From the NCBI GenBank assembly GCA_964106915.2, contig OZ066920.1: a stretch of 64,000 nucleotides of DNA. One strand, written 5' to 3'. Position 1 is the stretch's first letter; every line of letters starts with the position of its first letter. The notes under the pieces were generated by a model. That model was not told the origin of the DNA. It saw nothing but the letters and a program-made list of their open reading frames with translations, and searched no databases. Below, in pieces: positions 26,401-38,857 of this stretch. The position numbers and the translations under genes were made by a program. Source of the DNA: Podarcis gaigeae (lineage: Eukaryota).

Positions 26401-29400
26401 TCATAGTCAAAGTACTTGCTTATTCAGATGCTACTTGACAGCAATTTATGGCCAATTTTGGCTTCTGGAAGCAGATAAGCTTGCAGTTACCTGGCAAGAT
26501 TCTTAGAGATCAGATCTCTGCCTAGAATGGTAGGTAGTGAAGATAGGCCAGAAAGTTTGAAGCTAAGTGTAAAAGGAGATGAGGAAGAGATCAGAATCAG
26601 AAGAGATAAGTAAAAATATCATTTGAGAGGTTTTGGGTGTTGGGAACAAGGAGAAAATATATCTTGAGGTGTACATTTAGCTGTTGAAAGCACAGGAAAA
26701 CCTTCAGCCCTGGGGGAAGAAGCGTGGAGGGAGATTTAGGGAACAATTGTGTGCCTGGGTATGCTTTATCTTCTGAATTTCCTCTTTTTCCATTGTAGCC
26801 TTTATTGGCTTGGCTTGCCAGTTGACCTGAAGACCCCATAGACAGGCCTGCTTTCATATCTTTAACATCTATACAATGTGAGAAATCAGCCAGGATGATT
26901 GTAGGGCATGGGACTCAATATGACTCGCTGCTAATGGCACCCAGTGAACCAGTTGTTGCAAGCAAAGAAGCAGCCAGAAAAGTTGGCAACCCTCTAAATT
27001 ACACAGGAGCCTGGTTAGGGAAAAAAGTTGGTAACCCTTAGTTCTAACCTTTTTTCACTTAATAATTTAGCCACTTAATAGGCATGAACAGTTGTAAATG
27101 AATTATTGCCCTTATAAATGGTGCCGTGTTATTTTATATTAATGAGGATCTCTCTTTCTTTCTGGGGTTTTTGATTTCAAGTTTGCCTGATGAGAGGACA
27201 CAGGTGGCGCTGTGGTCTAAACCACTGAGCCTCTTGGGCTTGCCGATGAGAAGGTTGGCAGTTTGAATCCCCACGACGGGGTGAACTCCCGTTGCTCAGT
27301 CCCAGCTCCTGCCAACCTAGCAGTTCAAAAGCACACAAAAAAGTGCAAGTAGATAAATAGGTGGGAAGGTAAACAGCATTTCCATGCGCTGCTCTGGTTT
27401 CGCCAGAAGCGGCTTAGTCATGCTGGCCACATGACCCGGAAAATCTCTCTTCAGACAAACGCCGGCTCCCTCGGCCTCTAAAGTGAGATGAGTGCCACAA
27501 CCCCAGAGTCATCTGCGACTGGACTTAACTGTCAGGGGTCCTTTACCTTTACCTTTTTCCTGATGAGAGAGTTGTAGCATAGCCTTCTCAAAATGTAATC
27601 ATATTTAATTAACAAATATTCTGTGGTTATTCCAATTTCACCACTACCTTGGAGCTAGATGGCTATAGGTGTCAGTGCAGTGGACCTAAGTCCCAGATTT
27701 GTCTGTGAGTAGATACATGGAGCTGCCACTATCCTTTTATGTTATGCTTTGTTTGTGGACAGCTAAGTGAACTTAATTATGGTATCTATTAACAGCATTA
27801 CATTCTGGTTTACTACACAGCATAATTCATTTCTAGACAAAGAATGTACAGAGAAAGCATTGAGAGGATCTTGCACTTCACTAGTGGAAGATTCTATTTA
27901 AAATTATCTACGTTTCTTTTGGTATAAAAACATCAGTTACATTCACTGTTAAAATTACAATTATTTTCATATGTCAACAAACAGTTTTCTTCAAGGTATA
28001 GAAACCACATAGACTGCAGAGTAGTTACTTATTGTTGTGTTCACCTGATACTGCCCAAACCTAATTATCCCCTGGCTTTTATGTTTTCTCTGAAAGGATC
28101 CTTCAGTGTAGAAAAAGGTTGCAAGAAATTTTCACTTTTCAAGGACATTGACTGGACATAGTGTGCTGACTGTTGATTTCTGAGCTAGTGGAGGATAAGC
28201 AAGAAGATTCTGAAATGATTAGACCATGTTGGACTAGTTAAAAATGTCTAATGAATGGTGAGCCCTATCTTACAAATTACTCAGTCTATGTCATAGAAAT
28301 CAATTTTTAGTGGATAAAACTTAATTCAAGTTCTAACCGGTATAACTCAAACCACTTTTCAGTATTGGCATTGTTCCACAAATTGGATCGTATCATTATA
28401 TTCAGACTTTACATCCTGCCCATGTAATGCTAAAATTGTTGCTATGCAACTTTAGATTGATATATCAGTGAGAACAACTTAATGTCTCGCCAGAGTGGTG
28501 CATGCTCTAGTTATCTCTCGCTTGGACTACTGCAGTGTGCTCTATGTGGGGCTACCTTTGAAGGTGACCCGGAAACTACAACTAATTCAGAATACGGCAG
28601 CTAGACTGGTGACTGGGGGTGGCTGCTGAGACCACATAACACCGGTCTTGAAAGACCTACACTGGCTCCCAGTACGTTTCCTAGCACAATTCAAAGTGTT
28701 GGTGCTGACCTTTAAAGCCCCAAACAGCCTCGGTCCAGTATACCTGAAGGAGTGTCTCAACCCCCATCATTCTGCCCGGACATTGAGGTCCAGTGCCGAG
28801 GGCCTTCTCGTGGTTCCCTCACTGCGAGAAGCCAAGTTACAGGGAACCACGCAGAGGACCTTCTCGGTAGTGGCACCCACCCTGTGGAACACCCTCCCAC
28901 CACATGTCAAAGAGAAAAACAACTACCAGACTTCTAGAAGACATCTGAAGGCAGCTTTGTTTAGGGAAGTTTTTAATGTTTAATAGACTATTGTATTTTA
29001 ATATTTTGTTGGAAGCCGCTCAGAGTGGCTGGGGAAACCCAGCCAGATGGTTGGGGTATAAATAATAAATTATTATTATTATGTTAATTATGCTAAAACA
29101 AGTATTTTTGCCTTTGGAAAATATATCTCTCACCATAAATGGTCACTTGATAGTGAAGCCATTGAATAAATCTCTACTAAGCATAAAGCTTGGAGAGCAC
29201 TGCATGCTGTTTTTGGTTATGCAGAAGTCCCCTCCCAGCTGTTTTACTGAACTGAGATTTGGAGATTAACAGATACGGAACATGTAGAAATTTCACAGAA
29301 TGAATTTCTAAGATCTATACTTAGAACCTTACACGGTACTCCAGTAGTTTGTATTACTGCAGAAGTTGGGTTAATGCCCACAAAGTTCCTCACTCTCATG

Positions 29401-32400
29401 CTGTTTGTATATTATTACAAGTAGTTTAGAATAAATTGTGATACACTGTTGCAAAAATTATTCTTGGCGCAAAGCAGACACAAATGCAAAAACAGTTGAC
29501 TAGCTCACTGTGTGCAAATAATGTCACATCAACCCCCATGATACCAAGAACTAATATTTAGCTTGCCATGACCACCCCCTCCAATTATCCAAACTAAATT
29601 AAGGGTGTATTTCTATAATAAAGTTAGCAAAACACCCCACTCTTCTATTTATATATATATATTTGATTTTATATATAACATGCTTTTGAAGGTTATTTTC
29701 TATGATTTCACACATTTTATCCTGTATGTGGTCAATTCCAAATCATGCGTACTCTGTCTTGAGAAATTATATCAGAAGTATCATTTCAGAGCAATTGCTA
29801 TTTGTGAAATGCAGCTTGTTGAGGCTTCTCAATATGAACTTCATTTTGTTATTTATACTAAACACAAGAGGAAATTCCTATAACCATTTTCAGATAGTCT
29901 GGCCAGTTCTGATGATTTAGCTGGAAAAAACCCCATCAACAACTGATAGAATTAGGTTACACTTAAGAGCTGCTAGAGTTGCTATTACACAGAAATAGAC
30001 AACATAATTTACTGAAACAAATTCTGCAAACTGAAAATGTGTGATATATGTAAAGATTTGGGCTTTGATCCTAACATCAATTCCATGGGTGGAATGGAGT
30101 TCATTTTCACAAAGTGGGTTTTTTCTAAGCCTCCTGAAAATTGTTCCTGAGGCTTAGGGGATTTTCCTAATCAGTATAGCATATGATACAGGGGACTGCA
30201 GTAGGAAGCGGGTGGCATGACCCTTTGGTTAAATGTAAGTGCCTTCTGCTTGTACACTATACCTTTTGGATACAAATTCTAGAGTGCTTCTATATAGTTT
30301 GCTTGTTTTTACTTTAGGTGTAATTTTATAGGATCACCACCTTCTGTCTACTTGCAATGAGGATGAAGTCTTGCATAACCCACTTTGATTAAAGAACAAA
30401 TATTTGATTAGTATATATTATTTGCAATATAGAAATCTTAGGAAGCTCTATTTAATCCCATTATACTCTCACAAAAATCCTGGCTAGCACACAGGTGTGT
30501 AGTGCTTATCAGCAATAAGAATTTTCAGCTCATCTGCATTACCATTACGAACTAGTTGGCTAGACTAGATCAAGCTTCCTCAATCTAAGCCCTCCAGATG
30601 TTTTGAGACTACAGTTCCCATCATCCCTGACCACTGGTCCTGCTAGCTAGGGATCATGGGAGTTGTAGGCCAAAAACATCTGGAGGGCCGAGGTTGAGGA
30701 AGCCTGGTTTTAGAGTGTAGAAGAAACTTTGCAATGAGCAGGTGGGTGAGAGGAAGAAGTATATCCTAGGAAATTCAAACAAAGGTAACATATAGAGTGG
30801 TATTAAACTAAGTAATTGCATGAGCAGAATGATTTCCATTTGCATAACGGAACTCTGGAATCTCCAAAGGATTGGGGAAACTCGTAGAACATATTTAGGT
30901 GGGGGTGGAAAGGGTGGGGAAATTCAATGCAAATATTATAAAAGTTACATGCATTAATTGAAGTAGTACAGAAAGAGCAGAAGCATTCCATTGCATACTT
31001 GATTGGGCAGGACATCATCTGTTAATGAGAGCTGATTACTTGTTCTGCATTGCTAGAAAACTAAAAAACTAGAGCGACTATTTATGCTGGTGCTTTAAAT
31101 AACACATAACTTCAGCAGTATCCAATCCAAATAACTTTATTGTACTAGCTATTGGCCATGACAAATACTTCAGCAGTACAGATTTTGGATTCATTTCATT
31201 GCTTTAAAAGCAAAGCAATGCAGACCAATAGTTCCATGGAAAGACACATGTTTTTCCTAGTGCCTGGTAGATTTCTCATAAGCTCCACTGTTTCAACTAT
31301 GCCAGTATTGCCTATTGTTTAACACCTTGTCTATGAACACATAGTCCAGGACTAGTTTAATAGACTACTCCTATACTACCTTCCCTTCTTGTATCAAAGA
31401 TTTAAAATCCACATTCATCTTATGATAGATGCAGAAAGATGTTTAGTTCTAAATGTTGTGTATATGGCAGTATGGTGATTAGGATGTAAACCGGGGTGGG
31501 CGGTTGAATCAGACTTTTACAAAATATTTTGTAGCCTGCTTCACCACAGTTGGAATCCTGACAGAAATTTGCTGTAATCATTACCCATGGCAAGAATTTT
31601 AATAAAGTTCATTTAATCATTATCTTACTCAATTTAACACAGCTGTGCAGGTGGCTAAAAATGGAGTTGCACAAAAACAAATTATTTGTATTGTATAAGA
31701 AAAAATAACTGGCTCTACAATCTATACACGGCCAGTGAAACAATATTTATATTGGACCAACAAGTGAGACCTGAATTAGGATCAGACATGCTTAAAATGT
31801 AGGGATTAAACTCCTTGATAATGGGGTATCTAGTAGGAATGTGGTATCTAGTACCACTAGCCCAAAATAGCTTTAGACTTGGGTTTTTCCAGCTATACTG
31901 TTCCCCACTCCCACCTGTCATACCTCAGTTAAAGTTGGGTGTGGGGTATGCATGAGGAGTTGGCTAGTAAAAGAAAGTAAGAGCATTTCATTGGATGTGC
32001 TCAAATTCTTAAGTAGCAAATTGGATCCCAATCATAAGGTGCACACACATACATGCGCACGTGCACACGCACGCACACACACACACACATCTTAATTTCC
32101 TTGATAATCAAACTCTTAGAATAAAGTGAATGGCAAGTGTTCTTAAAATAGCCACGTTCTGGCAACATTCAGCATCACCCAAGCAGATTTTTGCTTGTGC
32201 AGCAGAACTTCTCCTTCTGTCCTCCCACTTGCAACCCCTCCCTAAAAATCTGCTCCGGAGGGTTGGTGAAAACCCTCCAGAGCAGATCTTTGGGCTGCGC
32301 AGGGGAGTGCAGGGGAGGCAAGAGGAAAAGGAATACTCATTGCACAAGTGGGCAGGCATTTATTTATCCTTCATTGATAACTTGTCATGCCTTTGCTTAA

Positions 32401-35400
32401 AATGCAGAAGTAGTAACTGTAAACCTTTACAATTTTAGCAGGACTCTGAGGATGACGATGAGTTGGAGGCCATTAACAAGAAGCCTTATGTGCCCGAAGA
32501 ATTTGCTGACTTCAGTGTCTACAATGCCAGCTTAGAAAACAGGGAATGGTTATCCTCTAAAGGAGACTTTGTAAACTCTCGTGTTGTTGAAAAAGAAGTA
32601 TCTCGTAGTCCTACCATGAGCAGTATTACTAGTGGCTACTTTTCCCACAGTGCCTCTAATGCTACTTTGTCTGATATGCTTGTTCCCTGTAGTGATAGCA
32701 CAGATCAATTAGCCAATCAGATAAGGGATTTGGATTCTAATGACCATTCTGTAGCCCATCTAACTCACGATTTAAGACCTTCAAACAAGGAGACTTCAGA
32801 ACCAGAAAGAGACTTGGCAAAATATAAGGTGCTCATGTCACCAGTTAAAGAAAATAGTGCCTTAGCAGCAGAGGTTCCAATGTATGAAAGTACTACTACC
32901 ATTCCCACACAGTTACAGTGCACAGGTTTGGATTCCTCAGCTAATAAAAACACACCACATGGGATTGAATTTCCATTTCGAGAAGCAACAGTTGAACATA
33001 CTTCAAATGTTTTTGAGGATCACGCATTTACAGAATTCATGGGTGCTGAAGATGGAAAGGAACTTGAATGTTCTGTAGGTCCACAGTTCTGTTCCAGCAG
33101 CTCTTCTAGTCAAAAGAAAAAGGTCTCAACAGCTGGAATGAATTGTGCCTCTGGTTTCTCAGATAATATTTACAACCAGGACAATCCTTTGAGCCATTTG
33201 CAATCTGCACCAGTGGGATATCAGCGGTCAAACAGTACTGAAAATCCTTCATTGTCTGTCAGAATAAAAGAGGCTTCATATTGTCAGATGTATGCAGACT
33301 CTTTCCTAGCAGATGACTTCATTGGAAAAAATCATTTAGATGTCTCTCATTGTGAAGTTGTAACTTCTGAAGAACACCCTAGTTGGGTGGAAGTGGGGGA
33401 ACAAGTGTATATTGGTAGTAACAAGCCAGGCATAGTAAGATATGTCGGTCCTGTTGATTTTTCATCTGGTACCTGGGTTGGCATTGAATTACATTTTCAA
33501 ACAGGTAAGATATGGTCCTTTCCATTATATATTTAGAATCCTAGATACAAGTTGTCTGGTGATATTTGTATATCCCAGTATTTTAGGACTGGAGAAGTCC
33601 AACTGGTGAAATTAGTAATGCCTGTTTACTTTTATTCATTTACATCCCACCTTCCTTCCTTCATGAAACTCAAGGCAGCACACATAGGCATTTCATTGGG
33701 GACCCTAGAGGATGGGGTGCAAAGTGGGGTTGGGTCCAAACCCTGGGATAATTTGTCAGAAAGATTGTTGTAAACAAAGCTAGTTGATAAAGAATAGAGA
33801 AAGCTGCCGCGTGTCTGCTAGGACCAAGCAGATGATTCCATTGTTGTGGGTGTAGAGCGCTGATGTGCAGTGACGAGCTGTCAAATACTATTCCAATACT
33901 GGCCCAATCTGCATGTCACAGTAAACCTTTGTTTGTCTTAAATCATGGTTTAATTGGATGCATGTGTCTCCCCTGCCTTGTGTCAAACAAGGAATACTAT
34001 GGCTTATTGTGTTTTCAAACAAACCACAAATAGACTAGACTCTAGTCACAAATTTCTTGCAAGCTCTTCTCCTAACATAATCAAATATAGTCATACCTCT
34101 CTAAAACATCTTTAATTCCAACAATTTTTCTTACAAATTTTAATGATTAAATAAATGAATTTAATCAAGATTATCTCACTTTATGTTCTGGACCTTAATT
34201 CACCATATGAGAGGGAAGCATTGATAAACAACTGAGGCAAGAAAATAAACCACCAGCAGCAAGTCAGAAATATACCAAGTATGGGGAAGGGGAAGAAACT
34301 GCTCAAAGACCTGCATGGCAGAAGAGAGGCACTTTCACAATTAAACCATGGTTCAATACAAACAGACTTATTGTGTCATGCAAACGAGCCCATTGATTGC
34401 TACTGCATATCAGAGACTTTCAAATATATTATGATCTATTTGCATGTCACAATACTCCCAGGATACTTGCACAACCAGGGAATTTTATTTTAGAGAAGAT
34501 TCATTAGTAAAATTGACAGTTGAAGATGTTGAGACCTGGGAACAGGACTTTTCCCACAGGTTCCTTTAATTAAGGACAGAAGAAATTTATCCATATAATC
34601 ATGCAGTGCTTAATGGTCAGCAGCAGAAGAAAAATAAGCAACTGAAAATATGCCCAGACTGCTCATGGACACTTATATAGGGCACTGGTTACTAAAAAGT
34701 CACAAAAGAAACAGAATTGCAAAGTTGGGACCCAAGGGTCATCTAGTCCAATCCCCTGCAATGCAGGAATCTCGGCTACAGCATCACTGATGGCCATCCA
34801 GCCTCTGCTTAAAATTTTAAAAAGAAATGTATAGGTCATTCAAGTATAGTGCACAATTGTGTATTAAATTAGTATGATGCACAATTGATGTGACCAGGCA
34901 AAAGCACATCATATATTTCTAGAAATTGCTGAAGTCTCTTTTCCCATTAAGATCATAGAGGAGCTGCTGCTCAACCAATTGGCTCATGAAGGAGTTGAGT
35001 AGGAATTGCAGCTTCCAATTTTTCAGATCAAACCACTTTACATACTGCAGAAAATATGAGTGCCACAATATGTCAGTTGCATCTAATTTTGTGTCATTTT
35101 AATGCAATCAGATGATACAGTTGGCTGAGGCTCTTGTGTGTGTTTTCTGATCACATGCTTCATCCCGTTTGTGATGTTTTTTGTGCTTCCACCATGCTTG
35201 AGGCTTACATCTGATCAACCATGAGTAACACCATTACTTCCTCTTAACCAACTGGTTAGTACAACACAGTAAAGAGTGAACCTTTGTAAGCATTAACCAT
35301 GGTGAAAGCTAGTATCAGTCTCTATGCTTTAATAAATATTTAATAATTCCTCCCATGGTTTCAAACTTCTGTTAATTCTTACTGGAATTATTTGTGCTTA

Positions 35401-35690
35401 TTTAAGGGAAACATGATGGAACTGTAAAAGGCAGAGAGTACTTCCGCTGCAAACCACGACATGGGATATTTGTTCGTCCTGAATGTGTCACTAAAACACC
35501 AGCTCCAACAAAGATATGCAGTAGCAGTTCACGATCTCAGGTATCATCCACCATGGACACACGGAAGAGTTCAGTTCTGCAGAAGTCATCCTCTTCCAAA
35601 GCAGAGGCAGAATCCTTCTGTCAATCAGGAGATGCAGCAGCTTCTGCTTTTTCTAGAAAACAGGAGATCAGGAAGTCTTGGATTAACTGA
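1841..35690 (+). CDS. KIF13A: Kinesin-3 KIF13A, 3' portion (motor and most of FHA lie upstream of the window); 25 coding exons, ~1433 aa in window, ending in a CAP-Gly domain
   Basis: Exons (all AG/GT): 1841-1998, 2427-2637, 3381-3543, 4175-4315, 6633-6782, 7449-7613, 8128-8301, 9191-9342, 9742-9874, 9958-10104, 11721-11762, 13653-13752, 14134-14260, 15074-15129, 15615-15739, 19636-19812, 20399-20491, 20686-20838, 21161-21238, 21653-21697, 22296-22407, 24491-24639, 25106-25210, 32442-33504, 35407-35690 (TGA 35688-35690). The total of 4303 nt keeps one open frame. Peptides recognised as KIF13A: EPDYNYEFAQMEVIMKTLNSNDPVQ, DPFYEAQENHNLIGVANVFLECLF, EFADFSVYNASLENREW, SITSGYFSHSASNATLSD. Confidence 0.95.
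3822..4020 (-). mobile_element. Solo copy of the 5' module of the 16106 element
   Basis: Reverse complement starts AGACTCTCCCTGCAAGAGAGGGGAGTGGTTGTGG and ends CGGCCTCA, as does 16106-16297. Confidence 0.6.
5490..6425 (-). mobile_element. CR1 LINE 3' fragment
   Basis: ORF 6044..6436 (-) has RT motif FNLFLNYLDEG..KFADDT; ATAGAATCATAGAA is the reverse complement of the CR1 3' microsatellite tail. Confidence 0.85.
11721..11762 (+). CDS. KIF13A: KIF13A 42-nt frame-preserving cassette microexon (RGDDDDDGDMDSYQ)
   Basis: ttttttctaccag|AGA...TATCAG|gtattg; phase 0-0; resembles the recalled human alternative exon RDDEDGDDMDSYQ. Confidence 0.85.
16106..16875 (+). mobile_element. GC-rich non-coding retroelement remnant (LTR-like or DIRS/Ngaro-like; class uncertain)
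   Basis: First ~190 bp duplicated in reverse at 3822-4020; CAATAAAGTTGTGGCC near the 3' end; GC-rich against AT-rich intron. Confidence 0.5.
17026..17354. mobile_element. Same Tc2/pogo-like family, opposite orientation
   Basis: Same TIRs and TA TSD; subterminal blocks reversed relative to 266-783. Confidence 0.85.
17568..17807. mobile_element. Tigger-like MITE
   Basis: TA|CAGTGGAACCTTGGTTCC...GGAACCAAGGCACCACTG|TA. Confidence 0.75.
22463..22829 (-). mobile_element. Sauria SINE
   Basis: Reverse complement of the tRNA-like head GGGACA..GGTGGTGCTGTGGGT and the ACCTTT-type tail. Confidence 0.85.
22920..22989. repeat. (TA)n microsatellite
   Basis: Direct reading. Other microsatellites: (CA)n 8355-8378 and 32041-32089, (TTA)n 23439-23477 and 49175-49203, (TG)n 40789-40812. 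Confidence 0.95.
25106..25210 (+). CDS. KIF13A: KIF13A 105-nt cassette exon (SMPSSQVHSAGCVVPSGSNASSMPVEHNNKHEENI)
   Basis: ctttgcag|AGC...ATT|gtaagt; phase 0-0; resembles the recalled human alternative exon SMPPPQAHNPGCIVPSGSNGSSMPVEHN. Confidence 0.85.
25730..26330 (+). mobile_element. Decayed L2 RT fragment
   Basis: Disrupted LSAAFDT.DH and Y.DD-like motifs. Confidence 0.55.
27196..27558 (+). mobile_element. Sauria SINE
   Basis: GGTGGCGCTGTGG head, (ACCTTT)n tail, TSD CCTGATGAGA. Confidence 0.88.
28490..29080 (+). mobile_element. L2 LINE 3' fragment
   Basis: LDYC.., LHWLPVRF..FKVLVLTFKA motifs (ORF 28648..28983); (TTA)n tail; the same tail recurs alone at ~23370-23477 and ~23612-23675. 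Confidence 0.8.
30571..30706. mobile_element. Palindromic MITE (probably hAT)
   Basis: CAAGCTTCCTCAA..CCCTCCAGATGTTTT / AAAACATCTGGAGGG..TTGAGGAAGCCTG long inverted arms; TSD unclear. Confidence 0.65.
32442..33504 (+). CDS. KIF13A: KIF13A large penultimate exon (Ser-rich tail plus N-terminal half of CAP-Gly)
   Basis: Matches ORF 32463..33536; donor ACAG|gtaaga at 33505; ends GIVRYVGPVDFSSGTWVGIELHFQT. Confidence 0.92.
35407..35690 (+). CDS. KIF13A: KIF13A terminal coding exon (C-terminal half of CAP-Gly and tail)
   Basis: tttaag|GGAAACATGATGGA; phase 1 matches the upstream donor; translates GKHDGTVKGREYFRCKPRHGIFVRP...RKQEIRKSWIN*; not shown in this frame by the ORF track. Confidence 0.88.
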
Positions 35691-37500
35691 AGCTGCAGTT
35701 TTGTTCTTGTTTTTGCACTTGCTGCACACATCACTGTGTAGACATTTTTTCAAAGTAATTGTATAGTTTTTAATTTGTTACTGAATGTTTGAGTCATGGG
35801 CATAATTCTCTGGTTCTTTAAAAAAAATAAGTAATATATATATATTGAGTGTGTATCATTTGCCTGCCTAAAGGCAAACATGGCTGCACACTAAATTAAA
35901 GTCAGGCTGAAATCCTAAATTCCCTTACCTGGGAGCAAGCCCCATTGAACTCAGTAGGTTTACTTCTGAATTGAAATGTAAAGGATTGTGCTGTTTGTAA
36001 ATAAAACTGTGAGGTACTTGACCATTTGCTACTTAACACATTAGATTATACAAAATATTGTGTGGGAGGGCAATGGGATGTAAATATGTATCTGAGGGGA
36101 AATCTACCATATGCTGTTACTTACCAAAGAACATGTATTAGAATGATACACTTGCTGTTTATATCTTGGGTTGTATTGTATATGTTTGTTTTACTTGATA
36201 GCTTGGTGCCATATTTCTACATGTTAACACCAGGCACCATGCTGCCTTATATCCTGTGTTTATTAAGCACACTGAAGAGACTGCTATCAATTTTGTTTTC
36301 TATTTTGTCTTCCTATAGGCCTGCCACTGTGCCAATTTGACATTTATTGAAAATATTAACAATGCCTAAAGTTTATGTGTTGGGCATTTTTCATGTGCCA
36401 ACCAGGTAATCTGGATGCAGAAACAGTATTACTGCAAAGGAGAAGGTGGACAAAATTTTCAACAAATGGCTTTTTTTTTAATGGGGAAAAATACAAAGCA
36501 GCAGTAGTGGATCACAATTACAAATCATGCACTGTTTGTTACTGGCAATGACCAATCTCAGATGAAATGTTCAGAAGTGATTTAATCTGTAAAGTTCATT
36601 TTTAATTGTGGATTTGTATTATGTGTTCGAAATGTTGGGGAACTATTCCATGTATAGATACTGTCTTGAATATTTGTAAAGTAGAAAATGGTAAAAAGGA
36701 AATATAAGAATGGCCTGCTGTATTCTTTATATTTTAGAAAGAAATTGAGATAATGGGACCTTACAGACAAGTTGCTGCTGTTCTTCGATTTATATGTATA
36801 GTAAGCTAACTCCTAGTATTTTGCAATTACTGTAAAGTGTAATTTATATTATATTTCTGCTATACTGTATTTAATTGGTACAGAACATTTGTGTGTTAGA
36901 ATACAGATGGTTTACTTCAGATTTTATAAATGTTTCTGCCTATTTGACTTCATATTCTGTAATATAAGACTTGAACAGATATATTGCTTAATTGGTTACT
37001 AATTCATAGCTTCACATATGCTGTATTTACCTTTTATATACATACTGAAAAGATAATACAGTATTAAATGAGGTATATTCATCACTGATCTCATCAAAAG
37101 CCCCTGCCAGGTAGTAAATCTTCTTCACATAAATTATGGGAAATATATAATGCTTCATACTTTCAATTTATGAATTGTTCAGATTATTAATATGGCTACA
37201 CTTCCATTAGCAGTTCTTCATTCCAACAATAAATTTAGCCATACTTCTTTTCTATATTGGCTGCAACATCAGTGTAATGTGGAGTAAACTACTACTGTTC
37301 ATTACACTAGCCATATTTGGATGTTGCATTAAACTGACATGAATAATTCTAACATTTTTCGGAAACTCTGATGCTCTCCTTTTCTCCTTCCATACAGCCA
37401 GGAGGCATTTGGAAACACTTGGTTTTGGTTAAGTATGGTTTGTCTTGTTCAGACGTGACAAACTCTGGATAATTGGCTTATTTTAAATGTCAAATAAATG
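35691..37500 (+). other. KIF13A: Probable KIF13A 3' UTR
   Basis: AT-rich, repeat-poor stretch after the stop; AATAAA near 36000, 37228 and 37493; the true end cannot be fixed from sequence. Confidence 0.5.
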
Positions 37501-37677
37501 TTTGTAAAACTGGCTTATTTAAACAAACCAAAATTAATGATAAGCATAATTCATAACTTTAGACAATTTAACAAGCTGTGGTTAACTGAAAGTAGAAGTG
37601 AACGTTTCTGAAACCCTCCTAGCCATGTGTGGGGTAGAGGGAAGACTGTAGTCTTGTTCATGTCTTACTAAACTATA

Positions 37678-37919
37678 CAGTGGTACCTTGGGTTACATAT
37701 GCTTCAGGTTACATACGCTTCAGGTTACAGACTCCGCTAACCCAGAAATAGTACCTCAGGTTAAGAACTTTGCTTCAGGATGAGAACAGAAATTGTGTTC
37801 CATCGGCGCAGCGGCAACAGGAGGCCCCATTAGCTAAAGTGGTGCTTCAGGTTAAGAACAGTTTCAGGTTAAGAACGGACTTCCGGAACAAATTAAGTAC
37901 TTAACCCGAGGTCCCACTG
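37678..37919. mobile_element. Tigger-like MITE
   Basis: TA|CAGTGGTACC...GGTCCCACTG|TA; reverse-complement match to 57891-58132. Confidence 0.8.
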
Positions 37920-38708
37920 TAGTTTGGATGTATTTGGATGTCAAGCATACTGTGATGAAGTCCTTTATTGCTGAAATAGATTGCTTTTTGAGAAGGTAGG
38001 TATGAATACATCAGTATAAAGCACAGAAGTTCTACTGAAACACAAAAATATTCAGAGAGTACTGCAAATTATAGAATGATGACTGCTTAAGTGATCTTAG
38101 TGTTCAGGTTACTTGAGCATGTTTCTAAACCTGATTTTGGCAGAAGTCTTCAAAGTGGCATATAGTTTGTGCACACAATTCTATTTATATTATGCAGAGC
38201 TGGGACTTTGTTAAGAGCTTTAGATAGAATATTGTCAAATTACTACACTACATGAAAGATTGCTTTTAGTTAATGTACCAGTTATGTTTTGCACTCAAGC
38301 TGTCTCATTAAAGCATACGCAATAATTTGTTTTGTTGGAATAGGTAACCTATGTAATTTTTTTAGTCTTGAGGCTGTTGGTCCCTTAGGGGGCAAAGGTT
38401 GCAGGGGGGGAGACATACTAACAAAAAATAGATATGACCATTTAACAATTCAAAAATAATGTCCCAACAAATTCTAATTCAGAGTTTACAGACTTTGTAA
38501 ACTTCATCCTCTTCATTTTTTTGTTTTCATGCAAAAGTTGACAATTTGCAGCTTTGAGACAGCAGAAGCCAAACAATGTTCCACTGTCCTTGAAACTATC
38601 AAGTCTGTTTCTTTAGCTATGTTTATCTAAGACTAATACAGATTCATTTCAACTAGATGACTTCCATTTTAACTAAAATGTGGTGTCTGGTAACCTACTA
38701 AACTAAAT

Positions 38709-38857
38709 TAGGGTTGCCATATTTCAAAAAGTAAAAACCAGGACACCCCAAGAGTGGCTGAGCTTTATTTAGGAAAACGCCAAAAGATCCAGGACTTGCC
38801 TAAGATTCAGGACAAAGCCTTTGAAATCCCATTAATGGGACATATGGGACAGCCCTA
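38709..38857. mobile_element. Degenerate hAT-like MITE
   Basis: TAGGGTTGCCATAT...ATATGGGACAGCCCTA ends; flanking ACTAAA repeated. Confidence 0.45.

Noticed and set aside
1841-35690. Calling the gene KIF13B because of the CAP-Gly
   Set aside because: Stalk and tail peptides and both cassette exons match KIF13A as recalled, and the neighbours are human 6p genes like KIF13A.
35461-35766. 101-aa ORF in the track
   Set aside because: Alternative frame of the real KIF13A last exon; the CAP-Gly frame is the one in phase with the upstream donor.
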